Part shown: positions 55,301 through 64,000 of the stretch, one piece after another
Numbering within the stretch: position 1 is the stretch's first letter
Layout: each line of letters opens with the position of its first letter
Source: Candidatus Oxydemutatoraceae bacterium
GTDB taxonomy: Bacteria; Pseudomonadota; Gammaproteobacteria; Poriferisulfidales; Oxydemutatoraceae
DNA length: 64,000 nucleotides
Direction: 5' to 3'
Assembly: GCA_965220085.1 (NCBI GenBank)
Contig: CBDCOZ010000002.1
Coordinates: 166,215-230,214, forward strand
The notes under the pieces: generated by a model
What the model was told of the DNA's origin: nothing
Databases searched by the model: none
Seen by the model: the letters and a program-made list of their open reading frames with translations, nothing else
Translations under genes and position numbers: made by a program

Positions 55301-56672
55301 ACCAGGATAAGCTTGATGTTTTGACTTCCCCCCCAATCAAGCCTGATATAATCACTTATACAGAGGCGCACAACAACGTGCTGGTTTTGACTTCCCCCCC
55401 AATCAAGCCTGATATAATCCTGAGCCAATATGTCGCGGGCAAGTACAACGTTTTGACTTCCCCCCCAATCAAGCCTGATATAATCAGCCCGCCGCAAACA
55501 ACGATAGTCATTATAGTTTTGACTTCCCCCCCAATCAAGCCTGATATAATCATGAATGATATACAACGCCGTGAACATTGGTTTTGACTTCCCCCCCAAT
55601 CAAGCCTGATATAATCCTCAAAATGCGCAGGAGCGGGCAGATCTAAGTTTTGACTTCCCCCCCAATCAAGCCTGATATAATCCAATGTCATGTTGCAGAC
55701 TGCCACGCCGTTGTTTTGACTTCCCCCCCAATCAAGCCTGATATAATCGTGAATTCCATGTCTGATCTTTTTATGGGTGTTTTGACTTCCCCCCCAATCA
55801 AGCCTGATATAATCTATTCCGCCGAGTCACCGTTGACGTCATGGGTTTTGACTTCCCCCCCAATCAAGCCTGATATAATCCAAAGCGCTGCGCGCTTGCG
55901 TGGACGACATGTTTTGACTTCCCCCCCAATCAAGCCTGATATAATCTAAGGATGTGTTTTATGGGCTTCAGATCATGTTTTGACTTCCCCCCCAATCAAG
56001 CCTGATATAATCTACCGACAATCATTTCGAAAATTATCCTACGTTTTGACTTCCCCCCCAATCAAGCCTGATATAATCTGGGCGCGAAAGACAAAGACAC
56101 GCTGCACAGTTTTGACTTCCCCCCCAATCAAGCCTGATATAATCATCCTGCACAAATTGCGCGGTTTCGCGCCGGTTTTGACTTCCCCCCCAATCAAGCC
56201 TGATATAATCTAAGGATGTGTTTTATGGGCTTCAAATAATGTTTTGACTTCCCCCCCAATCAAGCCTGATATAATCTGTATCTACGCAACATATCGATGC
56301 TAGATAGTTTTGACTTCCCCCCCAATCAAGCCTGATATAATCTAAGTTTCTTAGAATGCGCCCCCGTCTCCGGTTTTGACTTCCCCCCCAATCAAGCCTG
56401 ATATAATCCGTCGGCGTTGTGAAGCGCGTAAGATTCACGTTTTGACTTCCCCCCCAATCAAGCCTGATATAATCATTCTCGCCGAGCTCGCGCTTGTATC
56501 GCTCGTTTTGACTTCCCCCCCAATCAAGCCTGATATAATCGCAGTCTTCGATCACAATGATAAATGTCACGTTTTGACTTCCCCCCCAATCAAGCCTGAT
56601 ATAATCCGCGGGCACTGCCCGCAGGAGAAAATGAAAGTTTTGACTTCCCCCCCAATCAAGCCTGATATAATC
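52346..56672 (+). CRISPR. Type II CRISPR array, 66 repeats / 65 spacers
   Basis: 36-bp repeat GTTTTGACTTCCCCCCCAATCAAGCCTGATATAATC, spacers mostly 30 bp; each repeat ends in an extended -10 (TGATATAAT) as in II-C arrays, implying plus-strand transcription. Confidence 0.99.
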
Positions 56673-56779
56673 CGGCTTGATTTAAGTGGCTGAAAGTGCT
56701 AACTTATATGCAGGGAAGTCTTAACTGACGAACCACCCAGGCACTCCCTGCGAAAGTACATTGTTCTGGGTGGTTTTTT
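56673..56779 (+). ncRNA. Probable tracrRNA
   Basis: Anti-repeat GGGAAGTCTTAAC (56713-56725) pairs with repeat 5' GTTTTGACTTCCC; stem AACCACCCAG/CTGGGTGGTT followed by a T run. Confidence 0.7.
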
Positions 56780-56793
56780 ATTGACTTGGGATT

Positions 56794-57189
56794 TTATTCC
56801 CAAAAAATTGTCTGTCTGGGCATGACGAGTTTAGTCTGCCTGCTTCCGTGATTATAATCAGAACCCATAACAGTTATTCCGCGTTGCCACTGGTAGTCTG
56901 TTAAAAACAATACACGGATGTTACCCGCATGAGGCACAATCCGCCGCAAACGTGATTTGTGCTTATCTAGTCGCTCAGATGTGGGGCAAGATCTGGCATA
57001 GACACTATATTGAATCATATAGTATCCGTCATCTAGCAAAGCGTTCCGGAATTTTGTCGCTTGCTGTCGTTGCTTCTTGGTTAGCACCGGCAAGTCAAAC
57101 ATTACGAGTACCCATCCCATTTTGAAAGGGCTCAGCCTATTTCTATCTCGGGAAACCACAGTGGCGTTATCTTCATTTCCGAATAACAT
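56794..57189 (-). CDS. cas2: CRISPR-associated endoribonuclease Cas2 (true start probably ~57120-57165)
   Basis: MGWVLVMFDLPV, FRNALLDDGYYMIQYSVYAR. Confidence 0.93.
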   Translation of the reverse strand: MLFGNEDNATVVSRDRNRLSPFKMGWVLVMFDLPVLTKKQRQQATKFRNALLDDGYYMIQYSVYARSCPTSERLDKHKSRLRRIVPHAGNIRVLFLTDYQWQRGITVMGSDYNHGSRQTKLVMPRQTIFWE

Positions 57190-58037
57190 CGGACAAGACT
57201 CTGAACCGTCTTATCTATCGCACTGACTAATCGAATAGAGTGATTTTCACTTTTCACAAGATTCTCCGTAAGCTGTGTGCTAACTAACTCCGTCCAGTCT
57301 CGCATCGCTGGTATAAGGTTGCCCGACAGGAACTGAAACAAGTAACAATCTATAAACGGTCTATACGGTTCCATTACATCATAGGCTAACGGGTTAGAAC
57401 CATAGCGTGCCACATGACCTGTTCCTAAAAGAGGTGACAAGCCGTGTGCGACTAATGACCTATGGCAAAGAGAGGTCAACACAGTGTAACCATAATTTAG
57501 CATTGCGTTAGGAACATCACTATCTTGACGATTCCTTCGTGCTTGCGGATATCCGATCAAAGGGAAATATTCTCGCCAGTAATAGCGCGCGCAGTTACCC
57601 TCATCAATGTGCTTGCTTTCTATAGCGCGTCCCAAATATGCCGAACTAGCCCCCATAGACTCTAAGCCCAATTTTTGATTTACTGTTTTTGCTATCAGCA
57701 TCCGCTTCCATAGTGACTTGTTGAAGCGAACCGGTTGTTTGGCTTGGTTTGAATAAGCGGCAGTATTCAACGATTTCTCAAGAGGGCAAGTAATGCCGGA
57801 TGGTAGAAACTTGTCATCGCAATGTAAGATGATTGCTCCCTCAGAAAGCACGGCACTAATCAAGTTAGAGGTAAATGTAACACCTTTAGCGGCAATAACA
57901 ATTGCGCGTATATCTTCAATCGGATGTTTTAGTTCTTTACACTGCTTCTGCCTATCAAGCGACCTGCAAACTAAGAAACCCCTTTCTTTGCAGATGAAAG
58001 AATTGTGTTGAAGGATGTGAATAATGTTGTGACTCAT
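57132..58037 (-). CDS. cas1: Type II Cas1
   Basis: PIEDI, EGNCARYYW, NAMLNYGYTVL, LAYDVMEPYRP. Confidence 0.95.
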   Translation of the reverse strand: MSHNIIHILQHNSFICKERGFLVCRSLDRQKQCKELKHPIEDIRAIVIAAKGVTFTSNLISAVLSEGAIILHCDDKFLPSGITCPLEKSLNTAAYSNQAKQPVRFNKSLWKRMLIAKTVNQKLGLESMGASSAYLGRAIESKHIDEGNCARYYWREYFPLIGYPQARRNRQDSDVPNAMLNYGYTVLTSLCHRSLVAHGLSPLLGTGHVARYGSNPLAYDVMEPYRPFIDCYLFQFLSGNLIPAMRDWTELVSTQLTENLVKSENHSIRLVSAIDKTVQSLVRCYSEMKITPLWFPEIEIG

Positions 58038-61000
58038 TCATGCTTTCGTTTTTTTAAAACAAATTTCTTCTTTTCCCTATCTGACTCTTCCTTTATAAAG
58101 GAATTCAGAGTCCCTTCACACTTCTTTCCTTTTGAAGATGTCATTTCTATTCTCCCATTAGATTTAATAGTGTTAAGCATATATGTACCAGAACTTATTT
58201 CTTTCTGGTTCTTTTTAGTAATTACGGCTTCAGTCACTTCTATAAGACACTTTGAATGGAAAAAATCAAATATTTTTTGTACATCTGGGTTACTCTCTAA
58301 TTCTTTTTTAACTGTATGCTTTGACTCAAATACTCTTACTGGTTTAACACGCACTTTGTCTTTACTATCCAAGTAAAGAAACTGTCCTTGGTCTGGCCCT
58401 TTGCGAGTTCTAAATTGTCCAAATTGGCCTCTGGAAATGTCCTTGTAATTACTGATGCCTCTGTCTGCAACTCGGACTTTCTTCACTAAGGGGCTATTCT
58501 TATTCAATCGGAAATCCTTACAGTATTCTTGCCATTGTTTTTCATCCATTTGCTTATTCTCACTAATCCAATCTTTTACCTTTTTGCGGATATCATCATC
58601 ATATATTTTTTCAGCCCTCTTTTTTATTGCTGTCATTCCTTTCCACTTGCCATTTTCATCATACGCTAAAGAGTCAAGAGACACTCGATAAGTTGCTTGC
58701 TCTTCACCGTCAACTTCTCGCTTCCCGTATATTGTTTCCCTGAGAATAGGCTTGTCAAAGCATATTTGGTGCGGCATGACTTGTTCAAGCACAGAACCAA
58801 AGAATCTTTGCGGGTTAGCCTTGCGCACTTCTGGGGGAAGAGCAAAATAAAGCCGCTTCTTAGAATCTCTTACCCAGTTTGGGATAAAAGACAATATCAT
58901 TGCGTCCAGCGCATGGTGTCGCTTATCATTTCTATTCTTTTCCACGTTCGTTCCTTCGTGCAACAACTCAAACAGCTTATACTTTTGAGCAACCATGTTT
59001 GTCGCACCCCCGCTCAGCACAACCACCTTCCTATCATTCCCTTCAAAATCCGGTTTCCAACCGAAATGTAGGCACACTATCATCTGTGTTAATTTTGCAA
59101 TCCAAGCTGTTTGCTGGAGTTTGACGCGATTGTCGGCAGCCTTTAAAGCATCTTCCATGTTCGTCGCTGATAGAAGTGTGGCTTTAAATTTAGGGTACTT
59201 CTTTCCTTTCACCATTCCTTTGAGACGCTCTACAAAGGCGCTCCATATGCCTTCCTGCTTTAGCCAATCAGATGGCAAGCGGTCGCCTTGATTACCATTA
59301 CAATTCCTACACGCAAGCACAATATTCATGTAAGCACGCGGACCGCCTTGAGAATTCGGAACTATATGGGTTATTTCTGTATTTTCAAAAGGTATTGCCT
59401 TACGTAAACCGGATGATTCAGACAGAGTAATCAGACGATCACAAAATATACAACGCTCTTGTTGCTCTTTCAAAAGTTGCCATTTCAGTATGTTTTCCCG
59501 GGAAGGAGATAGCTTTTTCTCTCCCAATTCTTCCCGTGCATCCTTATTTGCTTTTTCACGTTTTTTCGCATGTGTCGTGTATTCACTCTTTCTCCTTTTC
59601 GATAACCAATCTTCTCTGACAAATTCAATGGCCACTCTGTCAGGGGTACCAAACTCCTCTTGCATATTTTTTATCTGTGAAAGAAAGACCCCTAATCTAT
59701 GGCGAACTACAGGGTCGTTTTGGCTGGCAATAATCTTTTGAATAGCATATTCTTTGGCTTGCTCATCTTCTTTACCTATGGTTTTATATTCCGACAGTGT
59801 TTCATCTGGAATGTAAAGCCCAGCCCAACTATTTCCCATACGCTCCATAAAGGATAAATCTTCTTTAACCAGGCCTTTTTTCTTATCGGAGTTTCCATCA
59901 ATCAGCCTCTTTTCATTTTCCTTCAAGAATTGTCGGGGCGCTTTCCCAGAAAGAATAATATCTTTGATTATCTTCAGGGCTGGGCGTGAAAATCGAGCTC
60001 TTCCGGAAAATTTCGGAGCATCAACTTTGTTATTCTCCGGAGCCGCATGTGCACTATCTCCGCCATATCGGCAAATATACTTTGCCAGTTTTTTCTCTGT
60101 CAACTTCAGTTTGTTCGTGATCTTTCTTTCTGATGTGTCTTGCTTCTTATTGTTAACATCTTGCATGCACTCATCAAATATTTCTTTCAACTTATTGTTA
60201 ACATCTTGCATGCACTCATCAAATATTTCTTTCAACTGCTCACATGTAAATGCCTTTTTATCTTCTCCGACTATAAATCGGAAATTTTTTAACTTCATTA
60301 AAAATGTGACTTGTGCGGGTAGCAACGAGTCTCCCACAATATCACCGTTTTTAACTTTGGGAGTAGCACGGCAAACATTGAGCCGAGGGATGAGGGCACA
60401 TTTATTTGGAGAACGATTATCAAATGTCGGTATCTTTTGTGCCAAAATTCCCTGCCAGTCGGTTTCCTTGCCTCTAAGTAATTTTTTTCTGCCCCCTACT
60501 TTTTCGTATAATTCGGGGGTCTCGCACTCGGCACGATACGATGCATAGGCTTCGCCTGCGGGCCCGTACAGCAGATAGTCTTCTTTTCCTGTAAGGGCGG
60601 GGTATTGCTTTTCTGCTTGCTTGAACATGCAACGCAATTGTTTCTCTATCATGTGCCTGGGATACACGGCCATCGTGGGAGGCAACCACTCTATATCCTC
60701 TTTTGCCTTGCCTTTCTTTTTTTCGTTGTTTAACTTTTCTCTTGCTATCGGATCTTTCGTCTCACCCACATGGGTGCTTTTGGCGTTATGGTCAATACGC
60801 ACTTTGTATGTGTCGGGTAATTTCGGATCCCATAAACCCATGCGATACGCTTCCCAATAACATGGGTGATGGTGATTTGCATCCTTGCTTATGTTTTTTA
60901 TTTCTTTCTGAATGCAGGTTGCTCGTTCAGCAGTTTCGGTAAATTCCCCATTTTCTTCTTCGCTTTTTTCTCCACTTCTATCGGCGGTTTTTGCAACATT

Positions 61001-61471
61001 TTTCCATGGGATGTACTTGTCAAACCCTCGTTTTTGAATCGCCGAATGAAACGCTTTGTACAGTTGCCACTCTTCAAGTTTTTCGCCTTGCAAGAGCATC
61101 ATCTGCAATAACGCCCCGCAGTACGCTGTGTCATCATCCTTTGCGGGAAATTCTCTTTCCAGTCTCTCATCGCCGCTCTTCAGTTTCTCTTTTCCTTCAC
61201 TACCGATAATCTCCGCGCCGTTCAGCACTTCCAGCCCCGCTTCTTGGAAAACTTTCCGAAGCCACTCTTCCCGTTTTTTGTGTGCCAATCTGGTTCTGTA
61301 AGCGCGACGCCGCTCCGCCGCAGACTTCGTTTTCGCAAACTCATCGGGAATCAACAAAGAGTCAACTTTGTTAAACTCAAAAGGGTCGCCTTTGGCTCCG
61401 CGAACTGCGTATCCTAGTGAGCCGGTTCCAATATCAAATGACCAGATGTGTTTTGGTTGCTCATTCGCCAT
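58034..61471 (-). CDS. cas9: Cas9 (1145 aa, divergent)
   Basis: RuvC-I SFDIGTGSLG, Arg-rich bridge helix, RuvC-II IEFVRE, HNH with CxxC..THIVP..N..CxxCN, RuvC-III HHALDA; no csn2 or cas4 in the operon. Confidence 0.95.
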   Translation of the reverse strand: MANEQPKHIWSFDIGTGSLGYAVRGAKGDPFEFNKVDSLLIPDEFAKTKSAAERRRAYRTRLAHKKREEWLRKVFQEAGLEVLNGAEIIGSEGKEKLKSGDERLEREFPAKDDDTAYCGALLQMMLLQGEKLEEWQLYKAFHSAIQKRGFDKYIPWKNVAKTADRSGEKSEEENGEFTETAERATCIQKEIKNISKDANHHHPCYWEAYRMGLWDPKLPDTYKVRIDHNAKSTHVGETKDPIAREKLNNEKKKGKAKEDIEWLPPTMAVYPRHMIEKQLRCMFKQAEKQYPALTGKEDYLLYGPAGEAYASYRAECETPELYEKVGGRKKLLRGKETDWQGILAQKIPTFDNRSPNKCALIPRLNVCRATPKVKNGDIVGDSLLPAQVTFLMKLKNFRFIVGEDKKAFTCEQLKEIFDECMQDVNNKLKEIFDECMQDVNNKKQDTSERKITNKLKLTEKKLAKYICRYGGDSAHAAPENNKVDAPKFSGRARFSRPALKIIKDIILSGKAPRQFLKENEKRLIDGNSDKKKGLVKEDLSFMERMGNSWAGLYIPDETLSEYKTIGKEDEQAKEYAIQKIIASQNDPVVRHRLGVFLSQIKNMQEEFGTPDRVAIEFVREDWLSKRRKSEYTTHAKKREKANKDAREELGEKKLSPSRENILKWQLLKEQQERCIFCDRLITLSESSGLRKAIPFENTEITHIVPNSQGGPRAYMNIVLACRNCNGNQGDRLPSDWLKQEGIWSAFVERLKGMVKGKKYPKFKATLLSATNMEDALKAADNRVKLQQTAWIAKLTQMIVCLHFGWKPDFEGNDRKVVVLSGGATNMVAQKYKLFELLHEGTNVEKNRNDKRHHALDAMILSFIPNWVRDSKKRLYFALPPEVRKANPQRFFGSVLEQVMPHQICFDKPILRETIYGKREVDGEEQATYRVSLDSLAYDENGKWKGMTAIKKRAEKIYDDDIRKKVKDWISENKQMDEKQWQEYCKDFRLNKNSPLVKKVRVADRGISNYKDISRGQFGQFRTRKGPDQGQFLYLDSKDKVRVKPVRVFESKHTVKKELESNPDVQKIFDFFHSKCLIEVTEAVITKKNQKEISSGTYMLNTIKSNGRIEMTSSKGKKCEGTLNSFIKEESDREKKKFVLKKRKHE

Positions 61472-61560
61472 GTTGTTTCTCCTAATATTTCACAAGTATA
61501 CAGTATGAGGCATCTGCGGGAGGTGAAGGTAGGAGCATTGAATACCGCAGACGCATATAC

Positions 61561-61589
61561 TCCTTGCCCACACTAGTGGGGGTGAACCG
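61561..61589 (+). repeat. Orphan type I-E-like CRISPR repeat (single copy)
   Basis: 29-mer TCCTTGCCCACACTAGTGGGGGTGAACCG with CCCAC/GTGGG stem and TGAACCG end. Confidence 0.6.
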
Positions 61590-61700
61590 CCCATCGCGGT
61601 TCTGCTCTGCCAGCCAATCCCAAAATGCCGGGCAAAAATCAAATCCGTAATGCAGATTCTTGGCCTGGATAAAGATGTTTGCATCCAGCAGGCAGGTCAT
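61590..61700 (-). pseudogene. Truncated DUF4411 (PIN-like) gene
   Basis: LLDANIFIQAKNLHYGFDFCPAFWDWL N-terminus; similarity ends at the orphan repeat. Confidence 0.8.
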
Positions 61701-62845
61701 GTGATCGCCCCCACTTTTCGCCCCAGTTTGTCAAAGGTGCGGGTTTTGGAGATGCCGAGCATGCGAAAGGCGTCCCGGTACAGGGTGCGCCCCTCCAGGG
61801 TGCTGACTATGAGGGCATGGACAAACCGGCGGCCTGCGCGGGACAGAGTGGTGCGGTAGAAGTCGCCGCCGCTCCTGTTGCTCCCCATATTTGCCAGTCG
61901 TTTGCTTTCCTGCTCCCAGGCGGCAGCAAAGGCATCCCGGCCCAGCCAGCGCACATCTTTCAGCCGCCTGAGTATGACCAGTGCGCTAACCTTGAAGGAC
62001 TTTGCCAGCCGAGGCATGGCCATTGCCAACGGCTCGCCCTGACGTAGTTCGCTTTGCAACGCGGCTCTGGGCACCAGAAGCTCAGCCGCCACCGCATTGC
62101 ACCAAACCTCCTCGGTGCGATATCCCGACACCGGGGCCATCCCTATGTCGGACAAGGCGGAATCGCCCAGCCACAGATGCGCCAACTCGTGGGCCAGCGT
62201 GAACATCTGCGCCGCTCTGGTATCGGCGCCGTTTATAAATATAAGCGGAGCCTGAGGGTCGGATAGCGCAAAGCCGCGAAACTCTCTGGGGTTTAGCTTG
62301 CGATGGGTGTTGCTGCCAACAATGCCATTGACCATCACCAAAACGCCAATGTCCTCCGCCTGACGGATAAACTCACGCAATGCTTCGGACCATGTGGGGC
62401 ATTCCTTGCGGGCCTCCACGCCAAACCCCAGCGCCTTGCGCATCTGCGTCGCCACATCCTCCGCCGGCGCATCCATAGTGGCGCTGCCGACAAAGCCCGG
62501 CCCGCCGCGTCGGCTTGCCCGCGCGAAATCCCTGTACCAGTCCTGTCGTTCCTGGCAGGCGTAAATGGTGTCCAGCAAATCCGGGCTGGGGCGCTCAGGA
62601 ATCCGCCCGCCAAAGGTGCGAAAATCAGGGATGGGCACATCCTCCTCCGGCGGCTCATCAAGAAACAGATAGCCCACCGGCACATGCACCGCCTGTGCGA
62701 ACCGCTCAACCTGTCGCAGGGTGGGTTGCAACTCCCCGCTCTCCCACTCCGCAATCTTGCCAAACCGGGCCACAAGCGCATCCTGACCCACCCCGGCGCG
62801 CTCCCGCGCCCAGCGCACAAGATCAGGATTGACCGCAACACGCAT
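61697..62845 (-). CDS. XRE-HTH plus ImmA/IrrE-family metallopeptidase
   Basis: N-terminal HTH (WARERAG..WESGE.QPT), FTLAHELAH HExxH, EEVWCNAVAAELLVP; coupled to DUF4411. Confidence 0.92.
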   Translation of the reverse strand: MRVAVNPDLVRWARERAGVGQDALVARFGKIAEWESGELQPTLRQVERFAQAVHVPVGYLFLDEPPEEDVPIPDFRTFGGRIPERPSPDLLDTIYACQERQDWYRDFARASRRGGPGFVGSATMDAPAEDVATQMRKALGFGVEARKECPTWSEALREFIRQAEDIGVLVMVNGIVGSNTHRKLNPREFRGFALSDPQAPLIFINGADTRAAQMFTLAHELAHLWLGDSALSDIGMAPVSGYRTEEVWCNAVAAELLVPRAALQSELRQGEPLAMAMPRLAKSFKVSALVILRRLKDVRWLGRDAFAAAWEQESKRLANMGSNRSGGDFYRTTLSRAGRRFVHALIVSTLEGRTLYRDAFRMLGISKTRTFDKLGRKVGAIT

Positions 62846-62868
62846 TACGACAACCTCTTGTTACAAGG

Positions 62869-63105
62869 CGTATGATGCCAAGACATATCGGACGCGCGCG
62901 GCAAATGTTGTGCGATTTGTGTCATGGGTGTTTGGAGCCTCAATCCATAGTGTAACCGTTGGATATTAAACCATAACAGATAGTTTATCCGACAATCATT
63001 GAATGTCCGCATATCGGCCCTCAACAAACCCTCTTCAAATTCCGCAGACTCTTCCCGAAGAGGCGGTGAAAGCGTCCATTGAACGCATTCATTCTTCGGG
63101 CATTT
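62869..63105 (-). mobile_element. IS481-family 3'-end remnant
   Basis: IR CGTATGATGCCAAGACATATCGGA and decayed ..YLLWFNIQRLHYGLRLQTPM. Confidence 0.85.
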
Positions 63106-63160
63106 GTCATCTCCGGCATCCCCCCGAAACCAAGCGCTTTCAGATGGCGCGAGGGGAGCG

Positions 63161-64000
63161 TGAATAATGCCAGAAACATTCCAGATTCCTGACTTCAACA
63201 AAAAACGTAGCCGACATGCAATAGCAACACATCGGCTACGGCATCAGAGGTCTCTATAAAATAGCTGCTTTTTCAGTACAGGAGGCAACTATGAGTCATA
63301 CGACCCAACAGAAACTTGAAGCCCTTACATTATGGGAGAAACACGGCATAAAAGCCAGCATGGACGCTTACCACATCAGCCAATCATCACTCTATGAGTG
63401 GCGGAGACAATATCGGCTTTATGGCATTAACGGCTTAGTCAATCAGAGCGCTTGCCCGCGCCAGCCACGCCAGCACAACTGGCCTCCGGAGATAATCGCC
63501 GAGATTCGGCGACACCGCGAAAACTATCCCTGCGGCGCACCTCATAAACAACCCGCAAACAGTTTATGGAACACAAACAACTTAAGGAACCACAAACAAC
63601 AAATCTAAGAACACACAAACAACAGAGTTGTTTGTGCTCTTATCACTGTGCTCTCATATCGTTTGTGCTCTCATCAAAAAACACACAAACAACAAAGCTG
63701 TTTGTGCTCTCATCAAAAAATACACAAACAACAAAGTTGTTTGTGCCTCTCATTATTGTGCCTCATTACATGTTGTTTGCCCACCCAAGCCATACCTGCT
63801 GATTCAACCGTGGTGTGACGAGCAGGGCTTAGCTTGTCCCAGTCCGCGTACCATCGTGCGACTGACTGCCGGTGCATCCGATAAGATGCGCCGGTGCGCA
63901 CAACGCCGCGTTGGCAGCGCACACCGCAACACAAGCCCCGTCTTGACAAGGGTTCCAAGGCAAAGCATCCCAGGCAGTGCATCGCTATGGATACCGTGCA
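63161..64000 (+). mobile_element. Degenerate IS481-family copy with nested hairpin-repeat insertion (63543-63781)
   Basis: IR TGAATAATGCCAGAAACATTCCAGA, MSHTTQQKLEAL.. transposase interrupted after YPCGAP. Confidence 0.85.

Noticed and set aside
56607-56636. Last spacer (contains GGAGAAAATG) as a self-targeting regulator of cas9
   Set aside because: Only a short RBS-like similarity to the cas9 upstream region; no extended match seen by eye
52630-56693. Many ORFs with DYIRLDWGGSQN or LTSPPIKPDII repeats
   Set aside because: Translations of the 66-bp-period CRISPR array

Overview
A ~60% GC gammaproteobacterial window from a sulfur oxidiser. The gene content (Ig-like, Cys-rich and TPR proteins, a fucosyltransferase, many IS remnants) suggests a host-associated lifestyle such as a sponge symbiont; that is inference. 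Core blocks are the end of a reverse-type dsr operon (dsrK'-L-J-O-P-N), the atpIBEFHAGDC operon, glnA and rhodanese-grxC-secB-gpsA-pyrD. Accessory DNA includes two FRG-TPR paralogues flanking an IS1595-like remnant with a low-GC restriction-modification pair, a glycosyltransferase/fucosyltransferase/methyltransferase cluster, IS481-family copies, and a type II CRISPR-Cas locus (divergent 1145-aa Cas9, cas1, cas2, 66 repeats, probable tracrRNA directly after the last repeat). The most striking unexplained system is a family of nine ORFs with different passenger domains that all end in LRLR[ILV]FLEGPLR-stop; eight are full-length with signal peptides and one is a 3' fragment. Three of them sit behind a shared promoter/leader module with an in-gene poly-C tract (two out of frame, one in frame) and a hairpin segment that is inverted between copies. 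Four form a tandem array with a hypervariable subdomain.
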